Below, one piece after another: positions 43,232-55,961 of a stretch of 64,000 bases of DNA; the stretch's first letter is position 1, and each line of letters starts with the position of its first letter. The notes beneath the pieces are model-generated. The model made no database searches and was not told the DNA's origin. It worked only from the letters and a program-made list of their open reading frames with translations. The position numbers were made by a program, and so were the translations under genes. Origin of the DNA: Octopus vulgaris (Eukaryota); NCBI GenBank assembly GCA_951406725.2, contig OX597833.1, forward strand, positions 40,858,001 to 40,922,000. The letters run 5' to 3'.

Positions 43232-43430
43232 TTACTTATTATATTATATATTTATCATTCATTTTATACTTTTTGCGATCTAGTTATAAGCTATGTATTT
43301 TTAAAAAATTATTAAATTTTATATATATATATATAGATACTATTTGTTATTTAGGTATTGGTTTGTGTCTATCACTGTTTGAGTTGCATAATAGTGGTTT
43401 TATCTCTAATTCATATATTATACATATATA

Positions 43431-43484
<54 letters not shown>

Positions 43485-43579
43485 CATAAGAGAACAAGAT
43501 GTACGTTACGCCATATATATATATTTATATATGTATATATACATATGTATATGTATATATATATATATAACCTTCTATT

Positions 43580-43857
<278 letters not shown>

Positions 43858-43858
43858 A

Positions 43859-43945
43859 TACGAGAGGTGTATGAAAAGTTTTGAGCCTAACCTAAAAACA
43901 GGGCTGCTAGATAGCTGAAATAATTTTTTCTGGTAAGTACAGTCT
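43859..43945. mobile_element. Solo mariner-type terminus
   Basis: TA followed by cgagaggtgtatgaaaagttttgagcct, resembling the TIRs at 41880 and 42067. Confidence 0.45.
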
Positions 43946-43987
43946 TTTCGGAGTATTCTTATTCATTTTCATATATATATATATATC

Positions 43988-44840
43988 CTCAACCTCAACC
44001 AGGATTTCATCATCACTCCTGCAGAAGGAACCCCTCCTTGGACTCCTTGCTCCGCTCTCTGTCTCCGGCCAGTTGTATCCATGTAGGCCCCCGGTAACGA
44101 GCGAAATCAACTAGTCGTCTTGTCTTTGGTCGGCGTCTTGATGCTGTCCGTTGTCTTAGTGTCCATTCCGTCACCCTGATTGTCCATCTGTTGTTCTTTA
44201 GTCGTGCGATGTGGCCAGCCCATGTATATTCGTTCTCTTTGATGGTTCTTATGGTGTCGTTGACTCTTGTGTACTGTCAAATCCAGGCGTTGGCTTTCTT
44301 GCCCAGCAGTATGATGCTGAAGATGATTCGTGTGGGTCACAATGAGGGCGTTCGTGATTGTAATGTTGGGAGACCCCTGTTTCAATGCCGTAAATCATCA
44401 CGATCAGGATGTACTCGTTGAAAATCTTTCTTTTAATTTTCATGGAGACCTTGGAACTTCTAATGAGGTTTCCCATCTTCCCAAAGGCTGCCCAACGAAG
44501 TGAAAATCTTCACTTGACTTCCGGTAAGAGATTTCCGTCTTCGGTCACCATCTTTCCAAGGTAAAGTACCTGTCTACCTCTTCTACAGCTTTGCCGTTTA
44601 TGGTGACGGACGCTGGCATAGTTTGCCTGTTGAATATGACCTTCATTTTTCCAAGGTTTATGTTGAGGCCGACAAGTTGGCTTGTAGTGTGGATATAAGT
44701 GAGCATTTCGTCCAGTTCTTTAGATTTATGAGCTGTTAAGGCGATATCATCTGGTGGCATACTTGTTCTTCGTTAATGTTGATGCCTTTCCTTTCTCATT
44801 GGATTTTGTTGACAACAGCGTCTTGGAGGCACGATGTCAC
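43988..44840 (-). mobile_element. Decayed RTE-clade LINE (RT YADD region to 3' end)
   Basis: PDDIALTAHKSKELDEML…VGLNINLGKMKV…INGKAVEEVDRYF; WAAFGKMGNLIRSSKVSMKIKRKIFNEYILIVMIYGIET. Confidence 0.85.
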
Positions 44841-45247
44841 CAACAAAGTTGTGTTTTGATGCACATTTAGGTTTTCTTCCATTTTTATGGGGTTTTTTTC
44901 TTTATCTTTCTTGCTTGTATATCGTTCTTTGAATTTACATGGCAATTGTGCACAAATGACGTAAAACATTAATTTTACTTAAATACACATAATTGAAACT
45001 AATTTATGAATGAAGAATTTCTTAATCTGATGATGTAAGCAACGGCAGTGTGATGCCGTTAATGGGGGTGGGGAAAGGGGGAGGAAAAATACAACGTACT
45101 CCACAGTATTCAATACGACGTCTCTTCCAATGTTTGGCATAATTTCATCGTCCCACTCTTACACTTTATTATTATTCTTGGTCTACATTCGAAATCGCAT
45201 TTGAAGTGATGCTTTTCTGTAGCATGAAGGTGATGTATAAGTTGAAA

Positions 45248-45666
45248 ACCTATTTCTTTACTACCCACAAGGAGCTAAACACAGAGAGGACAAACAAGGA
45301 CAGACAAACGGATTAAGTCGATTATATCGACCCCAGTGCGTAACTGGTACATATTTAATCGACTCCGAAAGGATGAATGACAAAGTCGACCTCGGCGGAA
45401 TTTGAACTCAGAACTTAGCGGCAGACAAAATACCTACTTCTTTACTACCCACAAGGGGCTAAACACAGAGGGTACAAACAAGGACAGACAAACGGATTAA
45501 GTCGATTACATCGACTCCAGTGCATAACTGGTACTTAATTTATCGACCCCGAAAGGATGAAAGACGAAGTCGACCTCGGCGGAATTTGAACTCAGAACGT
45601 AACAGCAGACGAAATACGGCTACGCATTTCGCCTGGCGTGCTAACAATTCTGCCAGCTCACCGCCG
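45248..45666 (-). mobile_element. SINE family B with duplicated body
   Basis: Family consensus. Confidence 0.85.
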
Positions 45667-45799
45667 TAGAAAACCTGAAAGTCAGACTTGGTAAATTGAA
45701 AGCGAGAATGAAACTGAATTTGGTTGATACATTGCTGAAAAGAAAAATACAAAATAATTCTGGTATTCCGGTACCCTTCATAAACTAAAATTCATTTCG

Positions 45800-45978
45800 A
45801 ATTTTGCCACAAGACCGGCAATTCCAGGGAGGAGTTAAGTCGATTGCATCGACCCCGAAGGATGAAAGGCAAAGTCGACCGCAACGGAATTTGAACTCAA
45901 AACGTAACACACGGGCGAAATGCCGCTAAGCCTTTTCTCAATCAACTTGTTAAAGACTCTGCCAGGACGTCGCCTTCT
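45800..45978 (-). mobile_element. Degraded SINE family B
   Basis: Family body with an internal deletion. Confidence 0.7.
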
Positions 45979-46185
45979 CACATAACATAATATTAATTTC
46001 GCTGAAGTTGTTTAATTGAATATACGTAATTAAAAATAACTGTTTAATAAAAATTCGGTCATAAGCATCAGCAGAACGATAAAGACATTTACTTTAGACA
46101 AGATTCAAACTAATGCATGTACGCAATTAAAATTATATATATATGTATGTATGTATATATATATATATATATATACAGCACAAAT

Positions 46186-46216
<31 letters not shown>

Positions 46217-46479
46217 CACAAATACATATACATACAAACATACATATACTCTTATAAGTATCTTGCTTGATAAGGAAATATGGATTTTACTTCATTTACG
46301 AAATTAAATACGTTACTCAAAGTAATCGTTTAATGAACGATCTTGATGTAAGTAATGTCGCATACCGCTTCACAGAATACATTCATAAAAAATCATGGGC
46401 TACCATGATATGTATGACAAAGGATTATGGATTTGACTTCATAAAAATGTGTGTGTGTATGTGCATACAAGGAAAATGC

Positions 46480-46511
<32 letters not shown>

Positions 46512-46635
46512 GTATATATATATATATATAGTTAATCCAAACAAGAAAACACAGAAAAAAAAGGGGAAAAAAAGAAAAAAACACAGCAACGCAGGACGTG
46601 GAACAATTAAATTATTATTGACGCTCAGGAAAGAA

Positions 46636-46683
<48 letters not shown>

Positions 46684-46713
46684 ATACATATATACATATA
46701 CATACATACATAC

Positions 46714-46765
<52 letters not shown>

Positions 46766-46768
<3 letters not shown>

Positions 46769-46960
46769 AGAGAATTCACGAAAAAAATAAACAAAAGATG
46801 AAGACGAGTGGTGTTGAAAACAAACAGATGTATTAGTATAACGCTTGGGAATTGAAAAAGTCTTTAGCGTTTCGAGCCTACGCTCTTCCACAGAAAGGAA
46901 CACAGAAAGAAACAAGGAGAGAAAAAAATGTGTGTAGTGGCTACTGATCAATCATGGCGA
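46766..46960 (-). mobile_element. Penelope-like terminal segment with hammerhead-like motif, inside (TA)n
   Basis: Minus strand 46893-46866 reads CTGTGGA-A-GAGC-gtag-GCTC-GAAACGCT, the same architecture as 296-322. Confidence 0.55.
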
Positions 46961-47247
46961 ACGTATATGTATATATATATAGTCAGATCACTGATGTTTG
47001 TTGTGCACTCTGCTGTTGTTATCTGATTCCTGTTATTCTGTGTGTCTGTACATAAAGATCAGATGTGTTTTGCAGGGTTACTTTATTTTTACCCTTAACT
47101 TAGAAATGGAGAAAGACATAGGGCTAGATATAAAAAAATAAACCATTTGGGACTAGAAATAAAGCGGAAAAGCATGAAATTCTTCGAGCAGGAGTCTTGT
47201 GCGAAATCTGTGATGAGCCCGAGTGACACTAATGACCTGGAGTCGAT

Positions 47248-47296
<49 letters not shown>

Positions 47297-47297
<1 letters not shown>

Positions 47298-47693
47298 TAG
47301 CAGTATCACCCGGCGTTGCTCGGGTTTGTAAGGGAAATAACTATATAAGCATTTTTAGAGAGTTATAGCCAAAAAATAGCAAAAAAATGCATTAAAAATG
47401 GAAAAAAAAATGATGGTAATTTTTTTTAAATCGTTGACTCATCGTAGACATTTTTAGAGAGTTACTTCCCTTATATAATAGCGAAAAAATGCATTAAAAT
47501 GGAAAAAAATGATGGTAAATTTCTTTAAAAATCGTAGACTCATCGTAGACGCGCGCTAATACCCAGAAGGGCTCGATATGAATCACGACTATAAGATACT
47601 CGGTTTTGGTTAAACTGCACCGCAAAATGTGGGAGTAGTTAGGAATCTAAATCGTAGGAGACAGACACACAACTTTAGTTTTATATATAAAGA
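47297..47693 (-). mobile_element. Non-autonomous Helitron (family H3)
   Basis: Minus strand A|TCTTTATATATAA … cccgagcaacgccgggtgatactgCTAG|T; the last ~90 bp are shared with H1; internal ~100-bp tandem duplication. Confidence 0.85.
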
Positions 47694-48005
47694 TATATAT
47701 ACGCAAAACTTTCAAACACTGAGATTTGAAATCAGATGTCACTACTGTTTATATCATCTGTGGATAAATTTTAATATTGATGATATCAACAGCAGTGACA
47801 TAGGAGAGTTGCAGGCGCAATAGCATTAAATAACTATGAATTATAAATTTGTAAGATACATAAGGATGCTTAACAAGCACCCACCTGCTAGAAATAAGAA
47901 CTAAAGTCTTAAATATATCCACCGTACCGCACTAAGATAACAGAGAAAAACAGCTATGAATTATAAATTGGCACGAAGCGTAAGGATACTTAACAAGCAT
48001 CCGTG

Positions 48006-48045
<40 letters not shown>

Positions 48046-48273
48046 CTCAGAGTTAGAGGAAGGGAATATTTTTAGAGAATTTCGATTTGAGAGTAGGAGA
48101 AGGATATGATGATACTGGATCAGGTAACTGAAAACCCTAAGGATGATAAAAACAGAGAGAGGTGGTCGAGCATATCGAGAGGTCTTGAGTTGAGTTGGCT
48201 GCTATACAACTACCTTCTGAGGAGCCGAGGTCCTTGCACAATCTTAACAGACGTAAGAGAAACATACAGAATT

Positions 48274-48838
48274 TATTGGATTGTCCAGAAAGTTCGTGCC
48301 GATTTTTAAAGGAAAGAAAAAGGTCAATAAATACTTGCCATTACATTTTTAATCAACCAAATATGAACCATTTTGTTACACAATGCGTCTCCATCTTTCC
48401 TTTAACTTGAAAATACCCTCTTCCCAGAATTGAGGGGGTTTCATGGCAGAGAATTCATCAAGGTATCTTTTTACGTCATCCAAGGAATTGAAATTTTTAG
48501 CATTAAGACTATTCTGCAGAGACCTGAATAAGTGGAAATCCGAAGGAACAATATCTGGTGAATATGGAGGGTGGGGTAACACATCCCAGCCGAGCTGCAG
48601 CAATTTTTGTCTGGTTCCCAAGGCATCAAGTACCGAAAATGGATTTTATCTTCCATTTTAAAGGGTTACAGAATTAACAGATTATAGGAACATAAACCTT
48701 CTTCCACGAAAAGATAGCTTAAACTGTACTCTAAATGGAGGTGTAGACAAATCCTATTTTATGGACTCAACCATGTTCTAAAATAAATCGAAAGGTCAGC
48801 TACTATAAATCGGCACGAACTTTCCGGACAACCCAATA
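48274..48838 (-). mobile_element. Internally deleted mariner with both TIRs (565 bp)
   Basis: TIRs tattggattgtccagaaagttcgtgccgattt / aaatcggcacgaactttccggacaacccaata. N-terminus MEDKIHFRY is fused (out of frame) to TRQKLLQLGWDVLPHPPYSPDIVPSDFHLFRSLQN…W. Confidence 0.92.
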
Positions 48839-49496
48839 GTAAATGAATAGAGAGCATTTGTAATTAACAGTGTTTAGAAGTGAGATCTAAAACTGATTTC
48901 ACGAAGTGGTTTCAGCTCCTAGTTGATATCATTTCGCTTCTTTTAATTTACTCTCACACTCCCTTCCTCTCTCCTTCTCTCTCTCTCTCCCTCTCGTTTT
49001 TTTCTTTTTCCTTTTCTTGTCTCTCTCTATCACTTTGCAAAGTTTTTAACCATCACCCACTGCCGCTCTTACTTTCTTCTTACAACGTATCACTATAATC
49101 GTCCATTACAACCCTCACGTACGCACGCATGCACATACGCGCGCGCACAGATAACACACACACACACACATCAAACACACACACACACACGTACACGAAC
49201 CCACACCTACGTACATTTATATACAGCTAATTTTCCTGTTTACTTTGTATTACTCCGGTATGTCTTCTCTGTTTTCAATCCTTAATTTATTTCGTTTCTA
49301 ATTTTAAAGTGTGAATGCATACGTACGTAATTGTATGTGAGTGTAAATGAATGCCTTTCTCCTAAGTCTCTCTGCAACATACTCATGTCTATGTGTAAAT
49401 ATATTTGTGTTGCATTTATACATACATACACACATACATACGCATGCATACACACATATATATAATATATATATATGTATATGTATATGTACATAC

Positions 49497-49527
<31 letters not shown>

Positions 49528-49532
49528 TATGC

Positions 49533-49576
<44 letters not shown>

Positions 49577-49657
49577 TACTCTACAACCATTTAGTATATT
49601 CTTCACTGCTTTACCATACATATATATACACACATACATACACACATACGCACGCGC

Positions 49658-49719
<62 letters not shown>

Positions 49720-49955
49720 TGTATGTATGTATGTATGTACGTATATAAACTCAGATATACGTAATCTGACTTGGCCGGTGGTGTTGTATTGATATGCTTG
49801 AGTCTAATGTACGTGTTGTAATTGTTGTTTTATCATAACTTACAAGAATCTTCAAAGAAAATCGCTGAAATAACCAAAAGTGTCTACGTCATTAAAGATC
49901 TATGTATATATATATATATATACGCATACACGCATATATAAACACACACACACAT

Positions 49956-50014
<59 letters not shown>

Positions 50015-50277
50015 TACGTACACATATACATACAGATACATCTATATACATATATATACAGATATACAAACACACACATAAATACATACGTACGCACATG
50101 CTTATATGTGTGCACGTGTAAATGTACGTGTATGTTGTAGATAATTTGTTCAACGCTTTCTTAAGTATTACTTACTTTACAGTGAAATTATCTTTCTATT
50201 TTCATTGGATTTTATTTTATTTTTGCTTTATTTCATTCCCTAGAACTAACAACTATTAAAGACAGCCCAAACACATG

Positions 50278-50480
50278 TACGTGACGCAGTTAAGCGATAT
50301 CAGATGGTAGGTAAACGGAAGTGACGTCACTGAGCCTGTTAATAGTTTAGTTCTTTCCACGCCATCTTTCTCCTTCTTTCAATCGCCTTCTTAACCATTT
50401 CAACCGCTTTTCAATAAATAATGGCTTCAACCGATAGTTATACTAATTCGTTATACTAGTTTGAGAGTTTCAGGTATATA
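50278..50480 (+). promoter_or_regulatory. Candidate Pol II promoter: overlapping ETS-CRE site plus YY1 site
   Basis: CGGAAGTGACGTCAC (50316-50330), half-CRE TGACG (50282), CGCCATCTT (50360-50368), possible donor CAG|GTATAT at 50473/50474; strand inferred. Confidence 0.45.
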
Positions 50481-50898
50481 TTGCAGTACCAGCGAGGTCA
50501 ACTTTGTCTTTCATTCCTACGATCGTCACTACAATGTCCTGATTACTACTGTTAGTAAGGGATTGGAAATGTATTTGAGATGCCCGGCGAGACTGTGTGG
50601 GATTAGCGCAGTTTCGATTTTGTGACTCACAACTAGTTTCAGTGAGTCCCTGATCAATATAAACCAGCCGAAAGTTTTTGATAAAATCGACATTTTTTCA
50701 GAAGCTGTTCTGAAAGTGACCGGGTTCGGATCCCTTTTCAGAAGCTGCATCGCTGCATTGCACTGTGGCACCTGCAGTCAAAATTAATGGCCATCCCTTG
50801 GAACAGTTTCACATCGCTCGCTCTGTTCAGCAGGTCTGTCTCCTGTCACCTCTTCTACACTTTAGCTACTGCTGTGAAAAGTAGAACAGTTCAGCGAC

Positions 50899-50899
<1 letters not shown>

Positions 50900-50962
<63 letters not shown>

Positions 50963-50985
50963 CATCATTATCATTATTATTATTA

Positions 50986-51038
<53 letters not shown>

Positions 51039-51263
51039 GTTATTATTATTATTATTATTATTATTAAGGCGGCGAGCTGGCAGAATCGTTAGCACGCTGG
51101 ACGAAATGCTTTGCGGTATTTTACCCGTCGCTACGATCTGAGGTCAACTTTACCTTTCATCCTTTAGGGATCAATAAAATAAGTACCAGTTATGCACTGA
51201 GGTCGATGTAATCGACTAGTTCCCTTCCCCTAAATATCAGGCCTTGTGTCTGTAGAAGAAAGG

Positions 51264-51336
<73 letters not shown>

Positions 51337-52405
51337 TCTAAGGTGGCAAGCTGGAAGAAACGTTAGCGCGCCGGGCGAAATGCGTAGCCGTATTTCGTCT
51401 GCCGTTACGTTTTAAGTTCAAATTCCGCCGAGGTCGACTTTGTCTTTTATCATTTCGGCATCGATAAATTAAGTACCAGTTACGCACTGGGGTCGATATA
51501 ATCGACTTAATCCGTTTGTCTGTCCTTGTCTGTCCTCTCTGTGTTTAGCCTCTTGTGTGTAGTAAAGAAACAGGTATTTCGCCCGTCACTACGTTCTGAG
51601 TCAAATTCTGCCGAGGTCGACTTTACTTTTCATCCTTTTGGGGTCGATGAAATAAGTACCAGCTACGCACTGGGGTCGATGTAATCGACTGGCCCCAATT
51701 TCCAAGAGTAGAAAAGATTATTATTATTATTATTGTTATTAAGTGCTGACAGAATTGTTAGCACGCAGGACGAAATGTCTATAAGCGACTTACGTTCTAA
51801 GTTCAAATTCCACTGAGATCGACTTTGCCTTTCATCCTTTCACGGTTTCATAAAATAAGTACCAGTTTAAAATGTACCAGTTAAGCCCTGGGATTGATGT
51901 AAGCGACTAGCCCTCTCCTTCAAAATATCAGGCTTTTTACTTATAATAGAAAGGTTTGGTAAGCTGACAATATCGTTCGCACGACGGACAAAACGCGTAG
52001 CAGCATTTCGTCCGTTTATACGTTCTGAAATCAAATAAAGTTGAGTTCGACTTTGTCTTTTATCATTTTAGTCTCTATAAAATAAGTATCTTATGTCTAT
52101 AGTAGAATGGATTATTCTTATTATTTGCCAGAATTGTCAAGTACTTGGATCGACACAATAGTCTATACCCTTCCCTCAAGCTTCTGTTTCTATAAAAAAT
52201 TATTATTATCATTATTAAAGACAGGGCGCTTACCGAATCGCCGGTGCGTCGGACAAAATACGATACTTCTTCCTGCCCTTTACCTTCAGCACTCAAATCT
52301 CATCAAGATCAGCTTCGCTTTTCATATTTTCGGGGTCGATAAAATCAGTAATCAACTAACGCCCGCCTTACCAAATTTGAGGCCTTGTGCCTGTGAGAGA
52401 AGGAA
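50900..52405 (+). mobile_element. Cluster of about six co-oriented SINE family B copies separated by (ATT)n
   Basis: Heads near 51067, 51341, 51745, 51960 and 52228, plus an extra body unit near 51572. Confidence 0.85.
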
Positions 52406-53699
52406 TTGTTGTTGTTGTTGTTGTTAATTCTATGTAATTATTATTAATTAGTTTGCTTTCCTAGTTATAAGATATTATAGCCGAGTCTATTGCCTTTAAG
52501 AGCGGATTATAACTAAATACACTTGGCTTTCTAATGGGTATTTAATTTTATTTAATTTTAGTTAGTAAATACACTACAGCTCTAAAGAGCAGACAGAGAG
52601 AGAAAACAAATGGTTTAGTCAGAGGAAGAAAGGCTGAGTTTATGACCCTTTTTTTTTTTAGTTTCATAGATTAGTAGGTGAGGGTGGGTAAGTTAACCCT
52701 CAGACCAGCAACCTGGCCGCAATGCTTGCAAGAAAGAGGGGCGGAGATATTGCTGAAGATACCCAAGGAGCAGCTGATGGCACTGCAGTGGGCGACCGAC
52801 GATTACTGCGAACTAAGAACAAGAACTGTCTCTTTGATGGGCTCCCATAGAGTTTCTGTCAATGAAATATCATTCACAAAGCTTTGGACGATCCGGCTCT
52901 ATGATAGAAAATACTTGCCGAAAGTGCTACGTGATTTTGGAATCGAACTCGAAGCCATGTAGCTCCAAAATAAAGTTCTTAACCTCAAGATTATACCTAC
53001 AGTAATTTCTGTAATTTTAACTATCACTTCTGCTTGTTCGTTGCAGTAGATTGTTTCCCCCTAAATCTATGAGCTTTTCAAGAACTTTTCGGTCTCACCT
53101 TCCGTTGAAAGTATTGATAATCGTGTATTGTCGTTACGCTTTTGTAGTCAGCGACCAAGGGACATAACTAGGTATACTAATAGTTATACGTACACATGTA
53201 AATTTATAATTTGGGTAATAAATCTGAGGATCTCTTACAGAGCAAGAAAATTAACTGAATCTTCTCCCATATTTGCTGCGGAGAGAAACAGGAAAAAAAT
53301 TATTATCATTGATTAATGCATTTTTTTCCCTCTCTCACCACATATCTGATGTTGCAATTCTAGTTTTTTTCCCTTTAATAATTTTTCCCACCATTAAATA
53401 TGTTTCATCTATTTAACTATTAGCTTTTATTTTTAGTTTAGTAATTCGATGCTCTGAAGAGAAAAAATATGGCTGGTGGTATCAAAGAACATATTTGACC
53501 CGTTGTTGTATTTTGGATGTCTGTAAGTTACTTCGAGTGCATTCATAATAATTTATTTAATGAAATTCCTGGTGTATAATACTTAGTATTGATTTCACAT
53601 TTAATAGTTCCTCTGAAGTATAAGTAAGTATTCTTGCTATAATCAACGAAATTACTGTGTATATTATTAGTTTTCAGCATAATTAACGATATCAATTAA

Positions 53700-54082
53700 T
53701 CTCTCTCTATATAAACGGCAGTTTGTCTGTGCGTTTTCTGTGTGTCTGTTTTCTCGTACCCTCACTCTGACCATGGCTTTCAACCGATTCTGATGAAACT
53801 TGACACACACATAGCCCAATGTCATAATTCAAAACTAACGCAGCGAAAATTTTGAAAAGTTCCCCCAGTTTTGGAAAAAATCGATAAATTCGACATGGGG
53901 TCGAGAATCAGAAACCCAAACCACAGACCGTCTAGGGGACGCAACTCCACCTTTTTTAACTCTCAAAAAAAATTTACCATCATTTTTTTCCATTTTTTTG
54001 CTATTTTTTGGCTATAACTCTCTAAAAATGCTTTATAGTTATTTCCCTTACAAACCTGAGCAACGCCGGGCGATACTGCTAG
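53700..54082 (+). mobile_element. Non-autonomous Helitron (family H1), second copy
   Basis: Near-identical to 1858-2228; A|TC…CTAG|T. Confidence 0.88.
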
Positions 54083-54127
54083 TACTCGATATAATAAAAC
54101 TTACTATTTATTACTGCAGGAGGTCAA

Positions 54128-54735
54128 AGCGCCAAGCTGGCAGAATCGTTAGTACACCGGGCGAAATTGTTAGCGGTATTTCGTCTACCGTTACGGTCTG
54201 AGTTCAAATTCCGCCGAGGTCAACTTTGCTTTTCATCCTTTCGGGGTCGATAAATTAAGTACCAGTTACGCACTGGGGTCTATGTAATCGACTTAATCCG
54301 TTAGTTTGTCCTCTCTGTGTTTAGCCCCTTGTGGGTAGTAAAGAAATAGGTATTTTGTCTGCCGTTACGTTCTGACTTCAAATTCCGCCGAGGTCAACTT
54401 TGCCTTTCATCCTTTCGGGGTCGATAAATTAAGTACCAGTTACGCACTGGGGTCGATGTAATCGACTTAATCCCTTCGTCTGTCCTTGTTTGTTCCCTCT
54501 ATATTTATCCCCTTGTGGGCAATAAAGAAATAAGAATCGTTAGCACACCGGACAGAATGCTTGGCTGTATTTCGTCCATCTTTACGTTCTGAGTTCAAAT
54601 TCCGCAGAAGTCGACTTTGCCTTTCATCCTTTCGGGGTCGATAGATTAAGTACCAGTTACGCACTGAGGTCGATGTATCGACTTATTCCCTCCCCTGATA
54701 TTTTAGGCTTTGTGCCTACAGTAGAAAGGATTGTT
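54128..54735 (+). mobile_element. SINE family B multimer (three body units)
   Basis: Repeated family body; two tail types in one array. Confidence 0.85.
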
Positions 54736-54754
54736 ATTCATGGAAGTTAATATA

Positions 54755-55166
54755 GGCGCAGGAGTGGCTGTGTGGTAAGTAGCTTGCTAACCAACCACAT
54801 GGTTCCGGGTTCAGTCCCACTGCGTGGCATCTTGGGCAAGTGTCTTCTGCTATAGCCCCGGGCTGACCAATGCCTTGTGAGTGGATTTGGTAGACGGAAA
54901 CTGAAAGAAGTCTGTCGTATATATATATATATGTATATAAGTGTGTGTGTGTATGTTTGTGTGTCTGTGTTTGTCCCCCTAGCATTGCTTGACAACTGAT
55001 GCTGGTGTGTTTACGTCCCCGTCACTTAGCGGTTCGGCAAAAGAGACCGATAGAATAAGTACTGGGCTTACAAAGAATAAGTCCCGGGGTCGATTTGCTC
55101 GACTAAAAGGCAGTGCTCCAGCATGGCCGCAGTCGAATGACTGAAACAAGTAAAAGAGAGAAAGAG
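54755..55166 (+). mobile_element. SINE family A, full length
   Basis: Family consensus. Confidence 0.9.
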
Positions 55167-55961
55167 ATATCTTGTTGTAAGCATCTTAGAAATCCGTTGG
55201 CATAACAATGATATGGACATTACCATTTGTCACCAAGTAACAATAATATCGCTATTAATAGTAACGTTATTATTACGTACATTGTTACCATCATTTCCTG
55301 TTTTGGAGAAGCTAGCTGATTAGAGAATGCATCACAGTCGACATGCTATCGGCGAAAATAGCTCTCGACCACTTCTTCAACGCGAATCACAAATGCTTTA
55401 TTGTCAGAACTAAAGATCGAGATAGCAACAAAGCTACAATAAGATCTTTGACGGACCATGGTAGGCGTGCGATATTCGATTTTATGTAGACGTTGCAGTT
55501 TTGTCGGACATTTTGGGCAGTATTAGCGAAATGAAGACGGTAGATTTTAGTGCCTAACCTGACGATTTTCAACAACTCCTGGCAGAAAGTGTGGAATGCT
55601 GCAACAAATCGTTTAATAACTGCAACTATAATGCATTTATCAATGAGTGATAATGCGAGAACAAATCGCCTGACTTCAATTCTTTTCTCTACGAACTTTA
55701 CGGATACACATCTAACCTTTTCTTTTTTGGTGAACATCTAGTGCAACAGGCATCAAACTAAGAACCTTCTTAACTCAGTTATGACACTGCTGAGAGAGGA
55801 TGCAAACAAAGGTGGCACAGTTTTCAGCCTGTAATTCTGATTGAACGTAAAACTTCAGATTTGGATTAGAGTGCTTGCGTAAACGCTGTCGCCTGTCGTC
55901 AATAGTGCAGTCGGGAAACTGAACCCAGGAAGACTTATTGACAACAGCCTCCATCTTACAT

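Noticed and set aside
47055-47110. Possible minus-strand hammerhead relic in a (TA)n-bounded cassette
   Set aside because: Only a gggt/accc stem remains and the core is unrecognisable.
47830-48002. ~50-bp imperfect direct repeat at ~120-bp spacing
   Set aside because: An ordinary old local duplication with no further structure seen.
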